Assembly (NCBI RefSeq): GCF_000189295.2
Contig: NC_016803.1
Coordinates: forward strand, 660,001-692,000
Length of the DNA: 32,000 nt
Origin: Pseudodesulfovibrio mercurii
Lineage (GTDB): Bacteria; Desulfobacterota; Desulfovibrionia; Desulfovibrionales; Desulfovibrionaceae
Direction: 5' to 3'
How positions within the stretch are numbered: the stretch's first letter is position 1; each line of letters opens with the position of its first letter. The notes under the pieces are model-generated. The model ran no database searches. It was given only the letters and a program-made list of their open reading frames with translations, and was not told the origin of the DNA. Below, in pieces: positions 1 through 9,425 of this stretch. Both the position numbers and the translations under genes were made by a program.

Positions 1-651
1 CGAGCCGACGATGAGGGCGTAGACCTCGGACAGGCCCGATCCGGCGCCGCCCGCCACGCCGCCCTCGCGGCCGCCCTCCTGCCCGCCCGGCTGTCCGCCG
101 TGGGCGTAGACGTCGCTGCCCTCCTGCTTCTTCAGGGCGGCCAGTTCGCTGGCCAGGTTCTTCTGCTTGGCGGCGTCCTCGCGCTTGGCCTGGGCCTGGG
201 CCGCGGCCATGCCCTCGGCCAGCAGTTGCTGGGCCGTCTTCTTGGGCTTGGGTTTCGGCTTGGGTTCGGGCTTGGGCTCTGGTTTCGGCTTGGGCTTGGG
301 CTCTTCCTTCTTCTTGACCACGGTCTTCTTTTCGACCTTCTTGGGGCTGATTTCCTGGGCCTCCGGCTCGGGTTCGGGCTTGGCCTCGACCACGGGCACG
401 GGCTTGGCCTCGGCCTGTTCGGGTTTGGCCTCGACCACGGGCACCGCCGGGGTCTCCGCGGGGGCCTGGGCCTCGGCCTGGACCTTGACGGGCGGCCCGG
501 CCGGGGGCGGGGCCAGGGAGATCAGATCCACGTTGTACACGGGCCGGTCCAGGTTCACGCTCGGCGCGGAATAGTTCACGCCGAACAGCGCGAAGGCGAA
601 TATGCCCGCGTGGAACAAGAGAGAGAGGGTGAAGCCGAGGCCCTGCCGCAT
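1..651 (-). CDS. tolA: TolA/TonB-family energy-transducer protein (partial; 3' end outside window)
   Basis: The minus-strand frame is open from ATG 651 to the window edge (217 codons, no stop, so it is absent from the ORF track). The translation starts MRQGLGFTLSLLFHAGIFAFALF (TM anchor). A Pro/Glu/Lys/Ala linker follows (VPVVEAKPEQAEAKPVPVVEAKPEPEP, EEPKPKPKPEPKPEPKPKPKPKK), then an Ala/Lys/Gln-rich segment. It lies directly downstream of tolQ-tolR. The C-terminal domain is outside the window, so TolA versus TonB is not fully settled. Confidence 0.75.
   Translation of the reverse strand, partial: MRQGLGFTLSLLFHAGIFAFALFGVNYSAPSVNLDRPVYNVDLISLAPPPAGPPVKVQAEAQAPAETPAVPVVEAKPEQAEAKPVPVVEAKPEPEPEAQEISPKKVEKKTVVKKKEEPKPKPKPEPKPEPKPKPKPKKTAQQLLAEGMAAAQAQAKREDAAKQKNLASELAALKKQEGSDVYAHGGQPGGQEGGREGGVAGGAGSGLSEVYALIVGS
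241..300 (-). repeat. Degenerate 6-nt tandem repeat (CTTGGG-like, 10 units) encoding the (K/E)P dipeptide repeat of the TolA linker
   Basis: Read directly: cttggg cttggg tttcgg cttggg ttcggg cttggg ctctgg tttcgg cttggg cttggg. In addition, a 20-nt direct repeat ttggcctcgaccacgggcac occurs at 380-399 and 425-444 (45 nt apart, encoding VPVVEAKP twice). Confidence 0.8.
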
Positions 652-672
652 GTCTATATCAACTCTGGGAAA

Positions 673-1089
673 TTACTTGTTTTTATCCGGCCTGGGCTCT
701 TCGGCCACGATACCGAGCTTGTCGATGCCCGCCGCCTTGATCTCGCCCATGACCTGCACCACGGTGCCGTAGGGCACCTCCTTGTCCGCGCGCAGGAAGA
801 GCTGCTTCTTCTGCCCGGACACCAGCCGCTTCAGGTGGTCCTCCAGCTCGTCCATGGACACCTGGTACTCGTCCAGGAATATCTTGCCGTCCTTCTTGAC
901 CGTCAGGACCAGATGTTCCGAATCCTGGGGCAGGTTGCGGACCGTGCGCGTGGTCGGCAGGTCCACCTCCACCCCCTGGGTCATGAGCGGGGCCGTGACC
1001 ATGAAGATGATCAGCAGGACCAGCATCACGTCCACGAAGGGCGTGACGTTGATCTCGTTGAGGAACCCGCCGCCGGTCTTGATCGCCAT
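673..1089 (-). CDS. tolR: TolR/ExbD biopolymer transport protein
   Basis: 138 aa, MAIKTGGGFLNEINVTPFVDVMLVLLIIFMVTAPLMTQGVEVDLP, the typical ExbD/TolR N-terminal TM segment and motif. ATG start with GGAGA SD. Located 9 nt after tolQ. Confidence 0.9.
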   Translation of the reverse strand: MAIKTGGGFLNEINVTPFVDVMLVLLIIFMVTAPLMTQGVEVDLPTTRTVRNLPQDSEHLVLTVKKDGKIFLDEYQVSMDELEDHLKRLVSGQKKQLFLRADKEVPYGTVVQVMGEIKAAGIDKLGIVAEEPRPDKNK

Positions 1090-1098
1090 GGCCGTCTC

Positions 1099-1800
1099 CT
1101 ACGCCCGCTCGGGCTTGTCCGCCCAGGCGATCTCGCGCTCGGCGCGGTTCAGGAAGGCCCCGGCGAAGTCCACCATGCCGGACTCCACCTCGTTCAGCTT
1201 TCCCAGGAAATAGTTGTAGAAAATGGTCGCCGGGATGGCCACCAGCAGGCCGATGGCCGTGGCGATGAGGGCCTCGGAGATGCCCGGCGCCACCGTGGCC
1301 AGGGCCGCCGACTGGGCCATGCCGATGGAGTGGAACGAGTGCATGATGCCCCAGACCGTGCCGAACAGACCGATGAACGGGGCGGCGTTGGCGCAGGTGG
1401 CCAGGAACGGCAGGTTGCGGGTAAGCGAGCGCATTTCCTTGGAGATGCCCTGCTTGAGCACGCGCCGCAGGGTGTCCTTGACCAGCAGCCGCTTGCGCTC
1501 GCGGTTGACGCCCGCCTTTTCGAGCAGGCGGAACTCCTTGATGGCCAGGGACGCGACCCGGGCCAGGGGGGACTCCTGGTCGCCCAGGCTCTTGATGCCC
1601 TTGGCCAGGTCGCCCGCCGCCACAAAGGCCTCGTACCCCTGGATGACCTTCTTGCGGGCCGTGCCGATGGTGAAGAACTTGAGGAAGATGATGGTCCAGC
1701 TCCACAGGGACATGCACCCCAGGAAGAGCATGACCAGTTTGACCGCCAGGGTCGCCCCGGAGAGCAGGGTCAGAATGGAGTTGTCGGGCAGAAAGTTCAT
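1099..1800 (-). CDS. tolQ: TolQ/ExbB (MotA/TolQ/ExbB proton channel)
   Basis: The track ORF is 1099-1875. I set the start at the internal ATG 1800 (MNFLPDNSILTLLSGATLAVKLVMLFL...), which has an AAGGTG SD 6 nt upstream and gives 233 aa, the family-typical length. Three TM segments and the conserved C-terminal LIATAIGLLVAIPA region are present. Confidence 0.9.
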   Translation of the reverse strand: MNFLPDNSILTLLSGATLAVKLVMLFLGCMSLWSWTIIFLKFFTIGTARKKVIQGYEAFVAAGDLAKGIKSLGDQESPLARVASLAIKEFRLLEKAGVNRERKRLLVKDTLRRVLKQGISKEMRSLTRNLPFLATCANAAPFIGLFGTVWGIMHSFHSIGMAQSAALATVAPGISEALIATAIGLLVAIPATIFYNYFLGKLNEVESGMVDFAGAFLNRAEREIAWADKPERA

Positions 1801-1848
1801 GATTGCACCTTTGTCGGGTCTATGGGCCGTGGGGGCCCGCTTCATGCG

Positions 1849-1881
1849 AAAAAAGCCGGGCCTCAAGCAAGCCACGGCTTT
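1849..1881 (-). terminator. Candidate Rho-independent terminator downstream of the PHP gene
   Basis: Minus-strand RNA AAGCCG-U-GGCUU[GCUUG]AGGCC-CGGCUU followed by UUUU. The G-U pairs only form on the minus-strand transcript, which is consistent with that orientation. It sits just 48 nt upstream of the tolQ ATG. Confidence 0.45.
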
Positions 1882-1941
1882 CCTGTATTTCTTTACGTGC
1901 CTACGCCTTCTTGGTCACGACAGTGCGACGATCGGGAAACA

Positions 1942-2592
1942 TCATTTCATGCATCGCTGGACGATTTCCCAGGCGTTGGCCTCGGTCTGCCGGTATTCGT
2001 CCGGGGTCAGCCCCGCGCCCAGGGCGATGGTCCGGCGCAGGTCCTCGCCGACCAGGTCGCGCGGGGCATGGGCGTCGTTGTCGACCACCAGCTTGGCCCC
2101 GTATTTGCGGGCCATGGCGGCCACGTGGCCGTTGGTGTAGCTGTGGCCGCCGCGCGTGGTGATCTCGAGGGCCACGCCCTTTTCCGCGGCGAGTTGGACC
2201 TCCTCGGCGGTGATCAGGCCGGGATGGGCCAGGATGTCCACGCCCGCCTCGATGGCCGCCAGGTTGGTGCCGGGGGCCACGGGCTCCACCGGGGTCTCGC
2301 CGTGCATGACCACCACCTGCGCCCCGCTGTCGCGCGCGCTCTTGACCATCTCGGCGATGAGCGCGGGCGGCACGTGGGTCAGCTCCACGCCGGCCAGGAC
2401 GTTGATGTCGAAGAAGTGCCCGTGCTTCTTGACGAAGCGCAGCACGTTCTCGAGCGCGTGGTACATGGTCGCCTCGTCCGCGTGGTCGGTCATGCAGATG
2501 GCCTTGTAGCCGATGACCTCGGCCCGGCGGACGAGTTCGGCGGGGATGAGCTCCCCGTCGCTGAAAATGGTATGGGTGTGCAGATCGATCAT
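1942..2592 (-). CDS. PHP-domain phosphoesterase (histidinol-phosphatase-like family)
   Basis: 216 aa, MIDLHTHTIFSDGELIPAELVRRAEVIGYKAICMTDHADE... The HxH metal motif at the N-terminus and later MHGE / DNDAH motifs are typical of the PHP fold. Confidence 0.8.
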   Translation of the reverse strand: MIDLHTHTIFSDGELIPAELVRRAEVIGYKAICMTDHADEATMYHALENVLRFVKKHGHFFDINVLAGVELTHVPPALIAEMVKSARDSGAQVVVMHGETPVEPVAPGTNLAAIEAGVDILAHPGLITAEEVQLAAEKGVALEITTRGGHSYTNGHVAAMARKYGAKLVVDNDAHAPRDLVGEDLRRTIALGAGLTPDEYRQTEANAWEIVQRCMK

Positions 2593-2599
2593 GTTGGGC

Positions 2600-3094
2600 C
2601 TACATCTTGTATTTGATGTCGTCTTCGGAGAGCTTGTCCAGCTCCTCCTGCCACTTCTCGGAGTCCTCGGTCTTGATGACCGTCTCGGGGTGTTCCGGGA
2701 ACGGCCCCCCGGCCTCTTCCAGAACCGATTCGCCCGCCAGGATGGGACATTCGGCGCGCACGGCCAGGGCGATGGCGTCCGAGGGGCGGCTGTCGATGCG
2801 CTTGGTCTCGCCCCCGGCGTCGAGGACGATCTCCGCGAAGAAGGTTCCGTTCTCGATGTCGGTGATCTCCACGCGGTTGATCACGCCCCCCAGGGCGCGG
2901 ATGGCGTTGAGCAGGAGGTCGTGAGTCATGGGCCGGGGAAAGGGCACCTTGTTGATGGCCATGGAGATGGACATGGCCTCCATGGCCCCGATCCAGATGG
3001 GCAGGACCCGAGTCTCCCCCTCGTCCTTGAGGACGATGATCGGAGACTTGCCCGCCTCGTCCACGGCCAATCCGAAAATCTCGACCTTTACCAC
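2600..3094 (-). CDS. Bifunctional nuclease family protein (DUF151/BFN domain)
   Basis: The track ORF is 2600-3313, but most of the extension overlaps miaB. There is no in-frame ATG before the conserved core. GTG at 3094 gives (M)VKVEIFGLAVDEAGKSPIIVLKDEGETRVLPIWIGAMEAMSISMAINKVPFPRPMTHDLL, the typical start of a DUF151 domain (164 aa). The GTG overlaps the miaB stop (GTGGTAA). Confidence 0.75.
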   Translation of the reverse strand: MVKVEIFGLAVDEAGKSPIIVLKDEGETRVLPIWIGAMEAMSISMAINKVPFPRPMTHDLLLNAIRALGGVINRVEITDIENGTFFAEIVLDAGGETKRIDSRPSDAIALAVRAECPILAGESVLEEAGGPFPEHPETVIKTEDSEKWQEELDKLSEDDIKYKM

Positions 3095-4440
3095 GGCTCG
3101 CCCGTCCTCTCTCCCACCAGGGAGTGTTTCTTGGCTTCCACAATGCGCACCGGGACCATCCTGCCGACCAGATCGCCGCTCTCCGCCACGGAGACGTTGA
3201 CGATGCGACCGGCCGGATCGCGCCCCTTCCAGGAAAGGGCATCCCCCTCCTGCATGCGGCTCAATCCCTCGATGAACGCGTCGGTTTCCACGCCCACCAG
3301 GTTCTTTAGACATTTTCTAGTAATATTATTTTGCAGAGTCTGCAAGCGCAGCAGCCGCTCGGCGGCCTCTTCGGCCGGGACCTTGGGCTCCATGTTCACG
3401 GCCGCCACGCCGGGCCTGTCGGAATACTTGAAGGAAAAGCTGGACTCGAAGCCGACCAGTTCGACCATCCGCAGGGTCTCCTTGAAGTCCTCCTCGGTCT
3501 CGCCGGGGAAGCCGACGATGAGGTCCGTGGTCAGGCTGATGTCCGGCCGCGCCGCCTTCAGGCCGTCCACGATCTCCAGGTAGCGCTTCATGTCGTACTT
3601 GCGGCGCATGGCCTTGAGCACCCGGTCCGACCCGGCCTGCATGGGCAGGTGCAGGGATGGGCACAGGTTCTCGAGTTCGCCGAAGGCGCGGATGACCTCC
3701 CCGGCGATGTCCTTGGGGTGCGAGGTGGTGAAGCGCAGCCGGTCCAGGCCGGGGATGGCGGCCACGGCGCGCAGGAGCTGGGCGAAGCTGACGCCCGTTC
3801 CGCCCTTGTCCAGGCCGAAGCTGTTGACGTTCTGCCCGAGCAGGGTGATCTCGCGCACCCCGTTGTCCACCAGGGAGCGGCACTCGTCCAGGATGGCGTC
3901 CGGGGTGCGGGACTTCTGGCGGCCACGCGTGTAGGGCACGATGCAGTAGGCGCAGAAGTTGTCGCACCCCTGCATGATGTTGACGAAGGCCTGGCGGGTG
4001 TTGTCCGGGGCGGCCGGGGTTTCGGGCCGCTCGCGCTCCTCGTACAGGGTGACGAAGTCGAGCAGAGCCACGCGCTCGTCGCTGCCCGCGGCGATGCGCT
4101 CCAGGGCGTTGGGCGCGCCCGCGATGCCGTCCGAGCCGAAGACCAGGCGGACAAAGGGGAAGCGCTCGAAGAAGCCGCGCCCCACCTGCTGGGCCACGCA
4201 GCCGCCCACGGCGGCGAACACGGATTCATCGCGTTTGCAATGCGCGGCCACCCGCCCGAGCTCGCTGTAGACCTTCTGCTCGGGCTTGTCGCGCACACTG
4301 CACGTGTTCAGGATGTAGACCTGGGCGTCGTCCTCGCCGGTCTCCTCCCACCCCCTGCTCTCCAGGGCGCGGGTCAGCCACTGCGAATCGTGGACGTTCA
4401 TCTGGCACCCGAAGGTGGTGATGTGGAATTTCATATGCAT
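3088..4440 (-). CDS. miaB: tRNA-i6A37 methylthiotransferase MiaB (radical SAM)
   Basis: 450 aa. N-terminal FHITTFGCQMNVHDS (UPF0004 domain), radical-SAM CDNFCAYC motif and a C-terminal TRAM-like segment. GGAG SD 8 nt upstream of ATG 4440. Confidence 0.95.
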   Translation of the reverse strand: MHMKFHITTFGCQMNVHDSQWLTRALESRGWEETGEDDAQVYILNTCSVRDKPEQKVYSELGRVAAHCKRDESVFAAVGGCVAQQVGRGFFERFPFVRLVFGSDGIAGAPNALERIAAGSDERVALLDFVTLYEERERPETPAAPDNTRQAFVNIMQGCDNFCAYCIVPYTRGRQKSRTPDAILDECRSLVDNGVREITLLGQNVNSFGLDKGGTGVSFAQLLRAVAAIPGLDRLRFTTSHPKDIAGEVIRAFGELENLCPSLHLPMQAGSDRVLKAMRRKYDMKRYLEIVDGLKAARPDISLTTDLIVGFPGETEEDFKETLRMVELVGFESSFSFKYSDRPGVAAVNMEPKVPAEEAAERLLRLQTLQNNITRKCLKNLVGVETDAFIEGLSRMQEGDALSWKGRDPAGRIVNVSVAESGDLVGRMVPVRIVEAKKHSLVGERTGEPW

Positions 4441-4507
4441 GCATCCGGCTCCAAGGGGCCGGTTCGTTTCGGTTCAGGCCGATGGATCGGCGCGGTCATG
4501 TGGGCAG

Positions 4508-5095
4508 TTAAACACTGGCCAGCCAGGTGTCCAGAAAGTGCAAGGTTTTTCCCAAGGTCTCCTCGCGGGTCAGGGCGGTGTTGTCGATGACGAACTCGGC
4601 TCCGGGGTCGCGCTCGAAGGGCACGTCCACCCCGATGACCTCACCCAACCCCTCGAAATCGCGGCCGGTCTTCCGCCGCTCCAGGGCCTTGCGGTAGAGG
4701 TCGGCCATGACCTTCCCGGCGGGCCGTCCGGCCTCGCGGGCCATGGCCGTGTCCAGCCCGCAATGCACGAAGACCTCGGCGAACCGGGGGATGAGCGCGC
4801 GGGCGTAGCGGCGCATGGCCGCTTTGTAGGCCGAGCCGTCCAGGATCACGTTGCGCCCCCGTCGGACCAGTCGGGCCGCCTCCTCGGCGAACAGCCGGTA
4901 GGCGGTCTCGCGCTCCTCGCGGGTGTACCGGGGCTCGGGAAAATACGCCTTGCGCCGCTCGTCCATCCGGAGCAGCTCCACGTCCACGCCCCGCGCCGTG
5001 AGCGCGTCGCGCAGGCCGTCCGCCAGGGTGGACTTGCCGCTGCCGGGCAGCCCCACGACCCAGATCGCCCAGCCCTCGCCGCCTGATCCGGCCAT
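4508..5095 (-). CDS. P-loop kinase, APS-kinase/KTI12-like (substrate unknown)
   Basis: 195 aa. Walker A GLPGSGKST at residues 15-23. The later ILDGSAYKAAMRR segment resembles the KTI12/PSTK-type DDTNYY..MRR region. The ATG lies 3 nt after the upstream APH-fold gene stop, with GGAG inside that gene's 3' end. Confidence 0.7.
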   Translation of the reverse strand: MAGSGGEGWAIWVVGLPGSGKSTLADGLRDALTARGVDVELLRMDERRKAYFPEPRYTREERETAYRLFAEEAARLVRRGRNVILDGSAYKAAMRRYARALIPRFAEVFVHCGLDTAMAREAGRPAGKVMADLYRKALERRKTGRDFEGLGEVIGVDVPFERDPGAEFVIDNTALTREETLGKTLHFLDTWLASV

Positions 5096-5098
5096 GGC

Positions 5099-6181
5099 CT
5101 ACTCCAGGTACCGGTTGACGTGCGCCCAGTCGAAGACGTCGTCCTCGAGCACGTTGGCCACGAAGTTGAACAACCGGCGGCGCACCCCCTCGGGGTGGTC
5201 GGGATACCACTCGGGCGAGGCGATGACCAGGCCGCGAAAGACGCAGAACGGGGCCAGGACCTCGAGGACCTCGCTGTCCCCGGTGCGCTCCAGGTACTCT
5301 CCGAAATAGGTCAGGTAGAGCTCCCGGAAGGGCCCGGCCAGTTTTTCCCGGTCGTACAGGGACCAGAGCAGGTAGTTGACCGCCATGGAGGCCAGGTCGC
5401 CGCCGGGCTCGCCCCACTCGCCCCGGCTGCGGTCGAGCACCGAAAAGTCCCCGTCGTCGGTGACGAGCACGTTCCAGGGGTGGAAGTCGCCGTGCACCGC
5501 GCTCAGCCGGTGGGCGTACCCCTTCAGCTTCCAGCGCCAGTCGATGAGCCGTTTTTCCAGGGCCCGGAAGCGATCCGCGCCGAAAAAGGCGTAGTCCGGG
5601 GGGAAGGCCTCGTCCACCAGGCCGAGGATGCACTCGCTGGCCCCGAGCAGGTTGCGGATGCGCCGGGCGTACAGGTGCGCATCGTCGAGCTTGTCCGCGT
5701 GGACCCTGGCCAGCCAGCGGGCGAACTCGCGGGCCAGGTCCAGATCGCCGTCGCGCAGACCGCTTTTCCGGATGCGTTCCAGGTCCTGGAAATAGTCGTG
5801 ACCGAGGAGCTTCTCGTTGACGATGAAGAACTCCTTGGCCCCGTTCACCGGGATGAGCGCGTCCGAGCCGTCCACGTAGCCCAGGCCCAGGGGCCGGACG
5901 TGGCGCTCCATGCGGGCCGAGGTCTCGTACTGGAACATAAGCACGGCCGCCCGGTCCCAGTAGAACTGGTGGCCGTACTTGTCGCCCTTCATGACCGAGA
6001 ACACGGCCTCGCGGATCGCGCCCCCGGCCTCGAAGCGGACCAGCAGGGGCTTGCCGTAGCCGAACCCCTTCATGCCCTGGGCGTCGAGGCTGCCGATGTC
6101 CCCGGCCGCCAGGAACCGGGCGTCGTCGCCGTACACGCGGCGCAGATATCGTTCGATGGCCTGGACCTTGAGTTCGATCAT
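5099..6181 (-). CDS. Aminoglycoside-phosphotransferase (APH)/protein-kinase-like fold small-molecule kinase (substrate unknown)
   Basis: 360 aa. Catalytic loop HGDFHPWNVLV followed by VLDRSRGEWGEPGGDLA (metal-binding Asp region), as in the APH/choline-kinase superfamily. Strong GGGGAGGG SD upstream of ATG 6181. Confidence 0.75.
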   Translation of the reverse strand: MIELKVQAIERYLRRVYGDDARFLAAGDIGSLDAQGMKGFGYGKPLLVRFEAGGAIREAVFSVMKGDKYGHQFYWDRAAVLMFQYETSARMERHVRPLGLGYVDGSDALIPVNGAKEFFIVNEKLLGHDYFQDLERIRKSGLRDGDLDLAREFARWLARVHADKLDDAHLYARRIRNLLGASECILGLVDEAFPPDYAFFGADRFRALEKRLIDWRWKLKGYAHRLSAVHGDFHPWNVLVTDDGDFSVLDRSRGEWGEPGGDLASMAVNYLLWSLYDREKLAGPFRELYLTYFGEYLERTGDSEVLEVLAPFCVFRGLVIASPEWYPDHPEGVRRRLFNFVANVLEDDVFDWAHVNRYLE

Positions 6182-6210
6182 GTCGCCCTCCCCGGCCTCT
6201 CGGCCGACGG

Positions 6211-7146
6211 CTACGTCAGCGGCCCGAAGACCGACTCGTAGCGCGCGGTAAACTCCTCCAGGGTGAAGGAGTGTTCCTGGGTGCCCTTGAACTCCACCGC
6301 ATAGGTGGCGCAGGTGGCTCCCAGTTTGCAGGCCTCGGCCACGGTCTTGCCCATGGCCAGCCCCTTGAGCAGTCCGGCGCGGAAGGCGTCTCCGGCCCCG
6401 GTGGGGTCGAGCACTTCCCTGGCCGGGACCACGCCTATGGCCGTCTCGTCATCGACGGTGGTGACCACGGACCCCTTTTCACCCAGGGTGGTGATCAGGT
6501 AGGCCACCTTGCCGACGATGTCCGCTTTGGACAGCCCTGTGGATTTCTTGATCATCTCCAGCTCATAATCGTTGACGATGAGGATTTCCGCGCCGTCGAT
6601 GGCCTCGTTGAGCTGGTCGCCCGACAGGGCCGGAATCTGCTGGCCCGGATCGAAGATGTAGGGGATGCCGTGCTCGCGGTAGTATTTCGGATGATCGACC
6701 ATGTCGTGGATGTTGCCGGGGGCGATGAGGCCGATGGCCTCGGCAGGGTCGATGCGGCTCATATCGTACTGGCAGGGATACTTCATGGCCCCGGGGTTGA
6801 AGCCGTTGATCTGGTTGTCGGACATGTCCGTGGTGATGTAGCACCCGGCGGTGAACTCCTGCTCGATGGTCCGGATGCCGTCCACGGCGATGCCGTGCTG
6901 CTGCAACCGTTCGTCGTAGGGGCCGAAGTCCTTGCCCACCTGGCTCAGGATGGTCGATTTCTCGCCCAGCAGGGAGAGGTTGTAGGCGATGTTGCCGGCC
7001 GTGCCCCCGAACCGCTCCACCAGCCCGTTCACCAGGAAGGAGACGTTCAGGATATGGATCTTGTCCGGCAGGATGTGGTTCGAGAACTTGTCGGGGAAGG
7101 TCATGATGCGGTCGAAGGCCAGGGACCCGGAAATATAGATCTGCAT
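6211..7146 (-). CDS. PfkB-family carbohydrate/nucleoside kinase
   Basis: GGTAGNIAYNL near the N-terminus and the DPTGAGDAFRAG anion-hole/catalytic-base motif near the C-terminus. The track start 7152 is a GTG lying inside the GAGGAG SD. ATG 7146 (MQIYISGS...) has that SD 5 nt upstream. Confidence 0.85.
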   Translation of the reverse strand: MQIYISGSLAFDRIMTFPDKFSNHILPDKIHILNVSFLVNGLVERFGGTAGNIAYNLSLLGEKSTILSQVGKDFGPYDERLQQHGIAVDGIRTIEQEFTAGCYITTDMSDNQINGFNPGAMKYPCQYDMSRIDPAEAIGLIAPGNIHDMVDHPKYYREHGIPYIFDPGQQIPALSGDQLNEAIDGAEILIVNDYELEMIKKSTGLSKADIVGKVAYLITTLGEKGSVVTTVDDETAIGVVPAREVLDPTGAGDAFRAGLLKGLAMGKTVAEACKLGATCATYAVEFKGTQEHSFTLEEFTARYESVFGPLT

Positions 7147-7180
7147 GCGCACTCCTCAAATGGCTGATTTGGTCAACGGG

Positions 7181-7210
7181 AACCTACGTGCATGGTCCCG
7201 ATGCTGTCAA
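7181..7210 (-). promoter_or_regulatory. Candidate sigma-70 promoter for the PfkB/APH/P-loop kinase operon
   Basis: The minus strand reads TTGACA (7210-7205), an 18-nt spacer, then TAGGTT (7186-7181), about 35 nt upstream of ATG 7146. The -35 is perfect and the -10 is weak. Sequence pattern only. Confidence 0.35.
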
Positions 7211-7224
7211 CGATCCCCTTTGCG

Positions 7225-9419
<2,195 letters not shown>

Positions 9420-9425
9420 GCGGGA

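Noticed and set aside
1801-1875. Longer TolQ start (MACLRPGFFRMKRAPTAHRPDKGAI...)
   Set aside because: The extension overlaps the terminator-like hairpin and has no SD. It also adds a non-homologous basic leader. ATG 1800 gives the canonical TolQ N-terminus.
100-2616. 838-aa plus-strand ORF spanning the tol genes and the PHP gene
   Set aside because: It is antisense to four well-supported genes. The translation is low-complexity Gly/Leu/Arg/His-rich with no family resemblance. Long antisense ORFs are expected in a GC-rich genome with strong codon bias.
4508-5095. Calling the P-loop protein adenylyl-sulfate kinase CysC
   Set aside because: Only the Walker A motif and the general layout match. 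The CysC-type LDGDN(V/I)R and FISP motifs are absent (this protein has LRMDERRK and ILDGSAY). It is therefore left as a kinase of unknown substrate.
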